DNA of 57,983 nt from positions 1-57,983 of the forward strand of contig JAEYRF010000225.1 of assembly GCA_023409615.1 (NCBI GenBank), in the 5' to 3' direction. The translations under genes were made by a program, and so were the position numbers. Source of the stretch: Bacillota bacterium (GTDB lineage: Bacteria; Bacillota; Clostridia; Acetivibrionales; DTU013). The notes beneath the pieces were generated by a model, which was not told where the DNA came from, did no database searches, and saw only the letters and a program-made list of their open reading frames with translations. This document shows, piece after piece, positions 37,945 through 45,963 of the stretch. Every line of letters starts with the position of its first letter. Positions within the stretch are counted from its first letter, which is position 1.

Positions 37945-38843
37945 TAACTGTAAAGGGACTGCACAAGAAATTCAAAGGCTTTCATGCTCTCAGAGGTGTG
38001 GATATGCATGTTAAAAAAGGTGAAATATATGGTTTCATCGGGCATAATGGAGCGGGAAAGTCGACTGCGATGAGCATACTTGCGGGGCTATCCCGACCAA
38101 CGCAGGGGGAATGCATTGTTAATGGAAGAAACATTTCGGAAATAAAGCATCCCGGCGACCTGCATATCGGGTATCTTCCTGAAGATCCAAGGTTTTACTC
38201 GTGGATGACAGCATATGAGATGCTTGAACATCTCGGAAGCGGCATTAGTCGGGGGCGTATTGCTGAAATGCTGGAATGGGTTGGGCTTGCTGATGCGGCC
38301 GGCCGCCGGGTTGGAGGATTTTCGAGAGGTATGAGGCAGCGGCTTGGAATTGGAGCCGCATTGATACGTAACCCGGATGTGCTTATTCTTGATGAGCCAT
38401 CCTCCGCACTTGACCCCGAGGGACGCAGTGATGTATTGCGCCTCATTGCGGAAATGAAGCACATGAGCAAAACGGTCTTATTCTCCACACATATCCTTAG
38501 CGATGTGGAACGCATCTGTGATACGGTCGGTATGATATCAGACGGTAGCATTGTAATGGAAAAGCCCCTTGAAAAGCTACAAAGAGACAATATACGGCCT
38601 GTTTTTGATATAATTCTGACGGAGCCGTGTAATCCTGATATTACAACAAAGCTTCTGGAGCTTGATACTGTATTGGGAGCAGCATTCACAGGGAATACAT
38701 TAACAATAACGACGTCCGAAGAGGCAGAAGCCTCAAGAAGCCTCCTGCGATTTTTTGCCGATCATGGAACAGCTGTCCGTTCGTTCGGGCTAAGAAAAAA
38801 TAATTTGGAGGAGCTATATATACAGGAGGTGAAGTCATTATGA
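37941..38843 (+). CDS. ABC transporter ATP-binding protein
   Basis: Walker A is GHNGAGKST, the signature is FSRGMRQRL, and Walker B is VLILDEPSS. Confidence 0.9.
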   Translation: MITVKGLHKKFKGFHALRGVDMHVKKGEIYGFIGHNGAGKSTAMSILAGLSRPTQGECIVNGRNISEIKHPGDLHIGYLPEDPRFYSWMTAYEMLEHLGSGISRGRIAEMLEWVGLADAAGRRVGGFSRGMRQRLGIGAALIRNPDVLILDEPSSALDPEGRSDVLRLIAEMKHMSKTVLFSTHILSDVERICDTVGMISDGSIVMEKPLEKLQRDNIRPVFDIILTEPCNPDITTKLLELDTVLGAAFTGNTLTITTSEEAEASRSLLRFFADHGTAVRSFGLRKNNLEELYIQEVKSL

Positions 38844-39613
38844 TGCAGTATATCGGAAAGGAACTAAAATTTGGCTTTCGCAGCGGAAAGCTATTGATTT
38901 TGGCGGCAAGTTTTCTGTTTTTTGCTTTGTTGACGCCTGTTATGCTCAAGATTGTTTTGCCTCAGATACTTCAAAGCCAGGGAGTACCATCGGAAGACCT
39001 TTCGGGAATAATGAGCATGACACAAACGGCTTGTATTCAAATCTATATGAACGATGTCTTTGAAATTGGTACAATTATTATTGCATTTACCCTGTGTGGT
39101 CTGCTGGCGCAGGAGATACGTGATAACACCCTGGTTCTGCCTCTTTGTTCAGGCAGACACTTTGTCTGTATTGTCGGCGGAAAGCTTTCAGTCTTTGGCT
39201 TAGCTTTGATTATGATACCGGTTATTGCATTGATTGTCAATTACCTATATGCAGGGCTGCTTTACTCCTATGAAACAGAATTGCTTCCAATCCTGCGAGC
39301 CGGAACACTGCAAGGCATATACATGGTGTTTTTACTTTCCTGTATTATGATGTGGGGTGCAATTCTAAAAAAGCCTGTTCCTGCAGGGTTTTTAACACTT
39401 GCTTCATCCTTTGGTCTGCATTTTGCCGGAGGACTGTTGGGAATTCATCAATGGCTGCCATCAGGGCTGCTTATTCAGGCACAGCGTCTAACGGAAGCGC
39501 TTGAGCTGTCTGTGTTTTTCACACTGGCTGTCACTATTGCTTTAATAATTATCATGGCCGTTTTTACTGTGATGCGCCTGAAAAGCATCGAATGGAACGA
39601 ACGGCAGGCTTAG
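38840..39613 (+). CDS. ABC-2-type transporter permease
   Basis: 257-aa ORF with about six TM helices. It is ATGA-coupled to the ATPase gene. Confidence 0.75.
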   Translation: MMQYIGKELKFGFRSGKLLILAASFLFFALLTPVMLKIVLPQILQSQGVPSEDLSGIMSMTQTACIQIYMNDVFEIGTIIIAFTLCGLLAQEIRDNTLVLPLCSGRHFVCIVGGKLSVFGLALIMIPVIALIVNYLYAGLLYSYETELLPILRAGTLQGIYMVFLLSCIMMWGAILKKPVPAGFLTLASSFGLHFAGGLLGIHQWLPSGLLIQAQRLTEALELSVFFTLAVTIALIIIMAVFTVMRLKSIEWNERQA

Positions 39614-39727
39614 AAAAGGAGGAACTATGGAACACATAGCATATGTTGCTAAGTGATATGAAAATAAAGGTATAACTTTATTCATAACTAACTCGTTTCA
39701 AAATTATAATAGAAGGAGGTTCTCTTA

Positions 39728-39895
39728 ATGAAGAAAAAATTGATTATGTCAGATTTCTGGAATATAGGAATATCTATTGTTCTATGTGCAGCTATTGGAA
39801 TAGTGCTTGGCGTTCTGTTGAACAATGTTTCACTGTGGCTTTGCATAGGATCGGGGGTAGGCGTTGTTCTTGGAACGATTACGCAAATAAAATAA
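39728..39895 (+). CDS. 55-aa two-TM hydrophobic peptide
   Basis: Not in the ORF track. GAAGGAGG lies 8 nt upstream of the ATG. The product is MKKKLIMSDFWNIGISIVLCAAIGIVLGVLLNNVSLWLCIGSGVGVVLGTITQIK. Confidence 0.55.
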   Translation: MKKKLIMSDFWNIGISIVLCAAIGIVLGVLLNNVSLWLCIGSGVGVVLGTITQIK

Positions 39896-39898
39896 AAA

Positions 39899-42181
39899 TT
39901 ATTTCAGAAGCGGAGTAAGCTCGCCGGTATGATAGATGTACAGCTTGTGAAGAGGTCTGGTCATAGCGACATAAAGCAGCTTGATGTCCAGCTCATCAAT
40001 TGTGTAACCGGTACTATTTGCGTTAAAGATCAACACTGCATCGAATTCAAGACCTTTTGCAAGGCAGGATGGCAGAACTACGATACCGCTTTTGTAGACC
40101 TCCTCCTTGCCGCTGATCAGCGTCACATCCTTCACCTTCTTTGATATCAACGCATATACATCCTTGCATTCCTTGAGGGTCTTGCAGATTATCGCAATGG
40201 ATTTGTAAGACAGCTTTTGAAAATCCCTTATGTTCTTTGCTATTTCTTCGGCAATCTCTTTCTGGTCAGCTAAACCAGTGATTTTAACTTCTTCACCATG
40301 GCGAATTACCGGCCGTCCTTTATTGATCTCGCGGCTCCTTATTTTATCCAGTACCGTATTTGCCGCGTTCATGATCTCAACAGTGGTACGGTAACTTTGC
40401 TCGAGTGTCAGGAATTCATTTTTCCTGTCGCTGAACACATGCTCAGTGATCTCGCTCCAGTTCCGGATGCCTCTATAAGAGTGGATTCCCTGGTTCAGGT
40501 CACCCAGTATTGTAAAGGAGCTGTCCTTGATGATTCTCTTCATGACATATATCTGAAAGGCGCTGAAATCTTGTGCTTCATCAATGACCACATGCTTGAC
40601 CGGTATTTTTTCATCCATTCCGTATATGCAGTACTTTAAATAAATGATCGGCGCCAGGTCCTCAATCTCCAGAAAGCCTGATTTGAGAATATCTGCGGTA
40701 TATTCGCGAGCGAATTCGCACAATTGCTCACAAATAAATGGGCGTACTGACATTGTGAACATATTGCTGTCATTGATAAAGTCCTTGTAGTATTCATAGG
40801 GGCTCAGCCTTGATATCTTTTTGACGTATTCCGTAATAGCTGATTTTGACAGTGTTTCCAAGTGCTCTATATCATAATCTCTCTGTGTGATCTTCTGTGA
40901 AACCTGTCGCTGTCGCTCCTCCTCGTCCGGTATAACAGCTTTTAGAAGAGCGACATGCTTGTCACAATCCTCATACAGCTTATTGATCATAACTTGTTTT
41001 CGGACTTGCAGTCGTGTTTTCAGGTTTTTCTTGATTTCATTGACTCTGCGGGCGATCGGCCACATTTTATACTGATGTACGAACAGCTCGTTCAACTCTT
41101 CATATTTATAGATGAGTGTTGAATTGACAATAAAATTTTCTTTTGGTATAAAATTCTCTTCAATAACCTTCAAATAAGTATCCAGGGCCTCTTTGAAATA
41201 CATGGAGGCTTTGAACTCCGAGGTCTTTTGGACTAGAGCCAGACGTTCTTTTTCTTCAGTGCTCCTGGTGTAGTCCACAAATGCCAGCAACTTTTCGTTT
41301 GCATCCCGCAGCTTGAATTTTTTGCCGATCAAGTCCTGGGCAAAGTCTTCAAAGGTGGTTTGCCGAACCTTTTCAACGCCTAATTCAGGAAGTACATCGG
41401 AGATATAGTTCAGAAAAAGCTTGTTCGGAGCAATGATCATGAAATTCTCCGGAGAAAATGATTTCTCATAGTTGTAAATCAGGTAAGCAATACGATGGAG
41501 GGCAATGGTGGTTTTTCCGCTGCCGGCCGCGCCCTGCACAATAAGGGGCCGCCACATATCTGCACGTATGATTGCATTCTGCTCTGCCTGTATAGTGGTA
41601 ACGATGTCCTTGAGCCTGTTATCGGCATTTGCGCCTAGATTGCTCTGTAGAAATTCGTCATTGGTGGTTATATCGATATCGAATATGTCATTTAGCTTGC
41701 CATTATCAATGGAAAATTGCCTCTTCAGTTCAAGCGTACCTTTAATATTACCGTCGGGGCAGTCATATGAAGCGTCTCCAAGACGTCCTTCATAATAAAG
41801 GTTTGCCACAGGCGCCCTCCAGTCCACAATAATCAGCTTCTGATCTTCATCTCGTATGAGGGACATCTTACCGATGTAGAGCTTTTCTGTCTCTTTTCTC
41901 CCTTTTTCGGAAAAATCTATCCGTGCGAAGTAAGGCTTGCTCTTTGCTGCCATAAGGTTTCTCAGCTTTAAGTCCATATGTCCCTGCAGCAGGTTGTTGA
42001 CTATGATATCAATGTAGTCCTGACTATTCTCTGCATTGAAGTGTTTTCTGACTTTTTCCAGATCATTGTCGACACGGCCTTTCTTTACCGCAAAGGCTTC
42101 GAGGCTTTTGTCGACATATCCCAGAGTGTACCGGCATCTGTCCAGCTCTTCCCTGTAATTGGGATGATTTTTTGCAGGCAT
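39899..42181 (-). CDS. helD: HelD-type UvrD-like helicase (helicase IV, an RNA-polymerase-associated ATPase)
   Basis: 760-aa ORF. The N-terminal region is typical of HelD (YFARIDF...LYIGK...VDWRAPVANLYY). Walker A is GAAGSGKTTIALHRIAYL. The UvrD C-terminal motif is LYVAMTRPLHKLYI. Confidence 0.8.
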   Translation of the reverse strand: MPAKNHPNYREELDRCRYTLGYVDKSLEAFAVKKGRVDNDLEKVRKHFNAENSQDYIDIIVNNLLQGHMDLKLRNLMAAKSKPYFARIDFSEKGRKETEKLYIGKMSLIRDEDQKLIIVDWRAPVANLYYEGRLGDASYDCPDGNIKGTLELKRQFSIDNGKLNDIFDIDITTNDEFLQSNLGANADNRLKDIVTTIQAEQNAIIRADMWRPLIVQGAAGSGKTTIALHRIAYLIYNYEKSFSPENFMIIAPNKLFLNYISDVLPELGVEKVRQTTFEDFAQDLIGKKFKLRDANEKLLAFVDYTRSTEEKERLALVQKTSEFKASMYFKEALDTYLKVIEENFIPKENFIVNSTLIYKYEELNELFVHQYKMWPIARRVNEIKKNLKTRLQVRKQVMINKLYEDCDKHVALLKAVIPDEEERQRQVSQKITQRDYDIEHLETLSKSAITEYVKKISRLSPYEYYKDFINDSNMFTMSVRPFICEQLCEFAREYTADILKSGFLEIEDLAPIIYLKYCIYGMDEKIPVKHVVIDEAQDFSAFQIYVMKRIIKDSSFTILGDLNQGIHSYRGIRNWSEITEHVFSDRKNEFLTLEQSYRTTVEIMNAANTVLDKIRSREINKGRPVIRHGEEVKITGLADQKEIAEEIAKNIRDFQKLSYKSIAIICKTLKECKDVYALISKKVKDVTLISGKEEVYKSGIVVLPSCLAKGLEFDAVLIFNANSTGYTIDELDIKLLYVAMTRPLHKLYIYHTGELTPLLK

Positions 42182-42261
42182 TTGTTGAGTACCTCCTCCA
42201 TTTTTTTAAGCGCGGACTTATATTTTACTGCAATTTGATCAAAAAAGAAAGAGGCATTTTT

Positions 42262-42426
42262 ATGTGCAAAATCCAGATTGAAAGACATGAAAGGATTACT
42301 CCTCCTGCACCTGTCCAGATGACTACTCAGTCAGCTGAAAGCTGTAAATATCAAGAGGGAGTGTCTAAAATTTCAACAATGGATGTCGTAGACGAAGTAA
42401 GGCTTATGGTCGAAAAGTTTAAGTGA
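42262..42426 (+). CDS. Possible 54-aa hypothetical protein
   Basis: The internal ATG of ORF 42172..42426 has AAGAGG 8 nt upstream. I see no recognisable motif. Confidence 0.3.
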   Translation: MCKIQIERHERITPPAPVQMTTQSAESCKYQEGVSKISTMDVVDEVRLMVEKFK

Positions 42427-42444
42427 AAAGAAATAAAAAGACTG

Positions 42445-44187
42445 CTAATACTTGATGTTGAGGATACGTACAATCCCAATGGTATCATTTATAGAAAAGC
42501 TGTATCTCCTGACTGAGTTTGAACTGAAAATAATATCGCGTATGACCTCTTTGGAATAATTACTATCTGAATAATCCATGACCTTTAGTTCAATTGTGGA
42601 ACGGCGCTTTTCAATCCCATTTTGTACTGCCTTGCTGAAGGCAGCTTTGTCCCTTACCACCATGTTGTATTTGTTAAAATAGCTGTTTTTCGTACTTGTG
42701 CAGGCGGGATATGCTGTCCTGTTCCAGTCGCAATAAAGCTTCATCTCACTGTCAGGTAAATTGAAATAATCATATAGTAGTACACTTGAGCCGTCTGATG
42801 CCACCTGACCGTCGTCATTTGTGACATCTAAATGATAATACTCACCATCGATTTTGACTATGTTCCATGCATGGGGTTCACGAATTCCGCTGCTTATGGA
42901 ATAACCGGTGACAATAATACATTCAATTCCGGATAGATCACACATCAGCTTCATTGCTCGTGTATAGCCCTCACATACGGCGACACCCAGGACAAGAGCA
43001 CCGTATTCATTAAAGGAGGACTCCGGTATATTATTTTTTAAATAATTATCATAGTCGTACCTGGTATTATTAACAATGTAATCATGCAAAGATAATTCTT
43101 TCTCGAATTCGGTCATTTTGGATGTGATACGGTTTGCGACAATATATCTGGCTTTATTCAGAGCGGCTTTCACATTTTCAAGCCTCTTTATAAACTCATC
43201 TTTGGAGTATTTGTATTCGAAGGTCAATGTCATTTGTGTACCACGGGAGGAGTACCTTAACTTTGAGGAGTAAGATTTAACACCCGTGAACTCTTCAGCA
43301 GAGGTTTTTGCCCTAGCATACACATTGATGAAATCATCATTGTAGCTTCCGCTGTAATTTCTAATATCCAGAGTGAGTGAGTCTATAAAATTACACAAAC
43401 CATATCGGACTACCTTATAGAAATCCTCACTGTTTTTTACCTCGATGCCGCTATTAGTCTTGAGTAGAGTGAGCGTGGATATATCTTCATATTCCTTTTT
43501 CACATCGGAAGTGTAAAGACCGAGTGCTGTTGCCGCCGGTTTGTAGATTGCGTTATCTATATTGACAAGCTTGTCCAGAAGTGTGATTGTGGAATCCTTC
43601 AAGGTTGCTGACAGAGCGCTATAGGAAACTGAAACCATGTCTTCTCTTAAAAATGTGGCGGGACCCTTCATTGCAGACGCTTCCGCTGATGATACAATAT
43701 TCAAAGCAAGAGCCTTATCGATTGCCTGATTGTAATCGAAGTCTGTTCCATCCTTATATCCTATAGAACGCAGCACAAAGGTGACATACTGTTTAGCTGA
43801 GAGCAGCTGGCTGGAACCGAACAACGTACTGCTTACACCATTTGACAGACCGCTTTCGTACATATATCCGACATACTTGTCTGCCCAGACTTGCACGTCC
43901 GTGAAAGGATGTTTATAAGTACCCCGCAGCACTTGATCTTCTATTCCCAGCAGGCGGATGAGCATTACAGCCCCTTCTACCCTGGTAGGTGCCCGGCCTA
44001 ATTGGAAATTGTTTGGAGCGCTGGCCAAAAGGCCCAGAATCTTAAGATCTATGGCTTTTTCATAATTTTTTGAAGCGGCTGGTGTATTTGTGGGAATGTC
44101 TGCAGCATCTATTCGCAGTGGCGTTATGGACAATGCAATGACGAATATCAATATGTATGTAAAGTATTTAGTTATATTTTTCCTCAT
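42445..44187 (-). CDS. Secreted protein with N-terminal SLH-like repeats and a C-terminal transglutaminase-like cysteine-protease core
   Basis: 580-aa ORF with signal peptide MRKNITKYFTYILIFVIALSITPLRIDA. The SLH-like stretch is FTDVQVWADKYVGYMYESGLSNG. The transglutaminase core is GVAVCEGYTRAMKLMC...PHAWNIVKIDGEYYHLDVT, giving a Cys-His-Asp triad. Confidence 0.8.
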   Translation of the reverse strand: MRKNITKYFTYILIFVIALSITPLRIDAADIPTNTPAASKNYEKAIDLKILGLLASAPNNFQLGRAPTRVEGAVMLIRLLGIEDQVLRGTYKHPFTDVQVWADKYVGYMYESGLSNGVSSTLFGSSQLLSAKQYVTFVLRSIGYKDGTDFDYNQAIDKALALNIVSSAEASAMKGPATFLREDMVSVSYSALSATLKDSTITLLDKLVNIDNAIYKPAATALGLYTSDVKKEYEDISTLTLLKTNSGIEVKNSEDFYKVVRYGLCNFIDSLTLDIRNYSGSYNDDFINVYARAKTSAEEFTGVKSYSSKLRYSSRGTQMTLTFEYKYSKDEFIKRLENVKAALNKARYIVANRITSKMTEFEKELSLHDYIVNNTRYDYDNYLKNNIPESSFNEYGALVLGVAVCEGYTRAMKLMCDLSGIECIIVTGYSISSGIREPHAWNIVKIDGEYYHLDVTNDDGQVASDGSSVLLYDYFNLPDSEMKLYCDWNRTAYPACTSTKNSYFNKYNMVVRDKAAFSKAVQNGIEKRRSTIELKVMDYSDSNYSKEVIRDIIFSSNSVRRYSFSINDTIGIVRILNIKY

Positions 44188-44437
44188 AGTGTTATCCTTT
44201 GTATTTAATTATTTTATAGTGATTCTAATAATATATTTGGCAAAGGCCGTAAGATTTGCAAGGTAATTACCAGAAAACATAAATTACATCTTTTATTATA
44301 TCAATGCCTATAAAGCATTTCAATAAATGAAAAGAAAATGAAATATAAGGGAAACAAACAAAAGAGACATCATCCATCAACTACAGATGCAGCTGTGGAG
44401 GTGTCCCCCTTTTTCATGAGCACATTGTTATAGACTG

Positions 44438-44587
44438 TTATTCTTTATAGTATCCTTCGTCTTCTCTTCCGAATATCCCCGGGAATATCAGGAGAATCAC
44501 AAGAATAATGATAATGATCCAGATCCAACTGTTCCCTCCACCTCCGCATCCTAAACCGAATAGTCCACCTCTCTCATTGTCTGCCAT
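44438..44587 (-). CDS. 49-aa Gly-rich/hydrophobic mini-protein (YjcZ-like small sporulation-type peptide, tentative)
   Basis: Not in the ORF track. The product is MADNERGGLFGLGCGGGGNSWIWIIIIILVILLIFPGIFGREDEGYYKE, with AAAGGGG upstream of the ATG. Confidence 0.5.
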   Translation of the reverse strand: MADNERGGLFGLGCGGGGNSWIWIIIIILVILLIFPGIFGREDEGYYKE

Positions 44588-44703
44588 GTAATACAACCCC
44601 TTTCATATAATAAAATTACTATTCAACCAATTAAGTAAGATCTTATCAAGCCAGTTACTGTCCAATACACTCTATATCATATTCAGCCCATCATTTTTGT
44701 GTT

Positions 44704-44738
44704 ACCAAAAAGCGAAACCACCCCTTAAGGGTGGCTTC
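44704..44738 (-). terminator. Rho-independent terminator after the 32-aa mini-ORF
   Basis: The minus strand reads gaagccaccc-ttaag-gggtggtttc followed by gcttttt. Confidence 0.6.
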
Positions 44739-44786
44739 TTCTAATCTCATGTAATGCAACCGGCTTTTCCTTTTCTGTCTTTCCTA

Positions 44787-44885
44787 TCAGCAGAGATCTC
44801 TATCAAAGAACAGCAGCAGGAATAGAATAATAAAGAATAAAATAGCGCAATTGTCACCCAGGAAATTACCGCCTCTTTCTGCCAT
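44787..44885 (-). CDS. 32-aa hydrophobic mini-protein, paralogous in N-terminus to 44438..44587
   Basis: Not in the ORF track. The product is MAERGGNFLGDNCAILFFIILFLLLFFDRDLC. AAGGAGG lies 9 nt upstream of the ATG and a terminator follows. Confidence 0.5.
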   Translation of the reverse strand: MAERGGNFLGDNCAILFFIILFLLLFFDRDLC

Positions 44886-45104
44886 TACGGAGTCCTCCTT
44901 TCGACCAGAGAGTTAACATAAATTTTCTGTACTAATTCAATTTATTCTTCTTTAGTAGAAAGTGTTACAGTTTAGACAGATTCTAAAGCCGGACCTTCGC
45001 ATCATGTCTTCCCTGTCAATACCATTATATTAGCTCTGTGCCCAGTAGGTGACAGTAAACTTAGCGGAATGAGATATCGAAGTTATTACAAGAAAACATG
45101 ATTT

Positions 45105-45133
45105 TTTACAAATTTATATAAATACTATATAAT
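45105..45133 (+). promoter_or_regulatory. Sigma-A-type promoter of the PilZ gene
   Basis: TTTACA-17 nt-TATAAT, about 30 nt upstream of the ATG at 45165. Confidence 0.6.
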
Positions 45134-45164
45134 AGTTACAACAGAAAAATCAAAGAGGTGTGTT

Positions 45165-45776
45165 ATGCTGGAAGTTGGTTCGGTAATCACCATCAGACAT
45201 TATTCCATGACGAGTGTTTTTAAAAGCATCATATTGGATGTAAGTACATACTCAATTGAGGTAAAGCTGCCAAAGGAATGTATGAATGCGGTGTTCCTGC
45301 CCGGTGATCCGCTAGTCGTAGCATATGAGACCGGAAATTCCGCTGAAATCAAGGGTGGCAGGATTATTGATTTCAACAGACAGAATGAACTGCTGGCCTT
45401 CTCCGAAGACACCTATGATGAGGGTATGAGAATGAGGTCATACAATCGCTTCCCCGTGTCACTCTATGCCGATTACAGGGTCATTGAGGGATACGTAAAC
45501 AATAAGAATTTTGCACTTGTGAAGGATATCAGCGAGTATGGACTTATGGTTTATTCTAATAATAACCACTTCAAGGGTACGAAGATGAATATGGATATTT
45601 ATCTCACCAGGGATGTTTTGACCCTGACTGCCGAAATTGCTAGAAAAGTCGAGCATGATGGCTATTATGAATATGGGTTGAAAATCAAACATGAAGGTCC
45701 CTATGTGTTCAATCACATCAAAAATTTCGTCAAAAAATATGAAAATGAGCTCCTCGGGCCCTATGCAAGGGATTAG
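45165..45776 (+). CDS. PilZ-domain (c-di-GMP receptor) protein
   Basis: 203-aa ORF with AGAGGTG RBS. The two halves of the PilZ c-di-GMP motif are RSYNR (RxxxR) and DISEYG (D/NxSxxG), separated by about 30 residues. Confidence 0.75.
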   Translation: MLEVGSVITIRHYSMTSVFKSIILDVSTYSIEVKLPKECMNAVFLPGDPLVVAYETGNSAEIKGGRIIDFNRQNELLAFSEDTYDEGMRMRSYNRFPVSLYADYRVIEGYVNNKNFALVKDISEYGLMVYSNNNHFKGTKMNMDIYLTRDVLTLTAEIARKVEHDGYYEYGLKIKHEGPYVFNHIKNFVKKYENELLGPYARD

Positions 45777-45845
45777 AGAACGGGGAAGCTGTCAAAACAA
45801 AATGGGAGTTCCTAATATATTTAGAAAAAAATAGAATATTAGCAA

Positions 45846-45874
45846 TTGACATATGGGAATATCTTACATATAAT
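45846..45874 (+). promoter_or_regulatory. Perfect-consensus sigma-A promoter of the tad operon
   Basis: TTGACA (45846..45851), a 17-nt spacer, then TATAAT (45869..45874). Confidence 0.75.
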
Positions 45875-45963
45875 TAGAAGCGCAACCATATTATTACATT
45901 TTGCTGTCAGAATTCGTGCGAGAATACCGACAGTTTAAGCCGGGGGTGAGCGCTTTGGGAAGA

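Noticed and set aside
39627-39656. 9-codon mini-ORF (MEHIAYVAK) behind a strong AAGGAGGA
   Set aside because: The Shine-Dalgarno to ATG spacing is only about 2-4 nt and the ORF is too short to judge. It could be a leader peptide, but nothing else supports that.
42172-42426. The full 84-aa version of the ORF downstream of the helD promoter region
   Set aside because: Its 5' part overlaps the helD start codon region in antisense. Only the internal ATG at 42262 has an RBS, and even that shorter version is low confidence.
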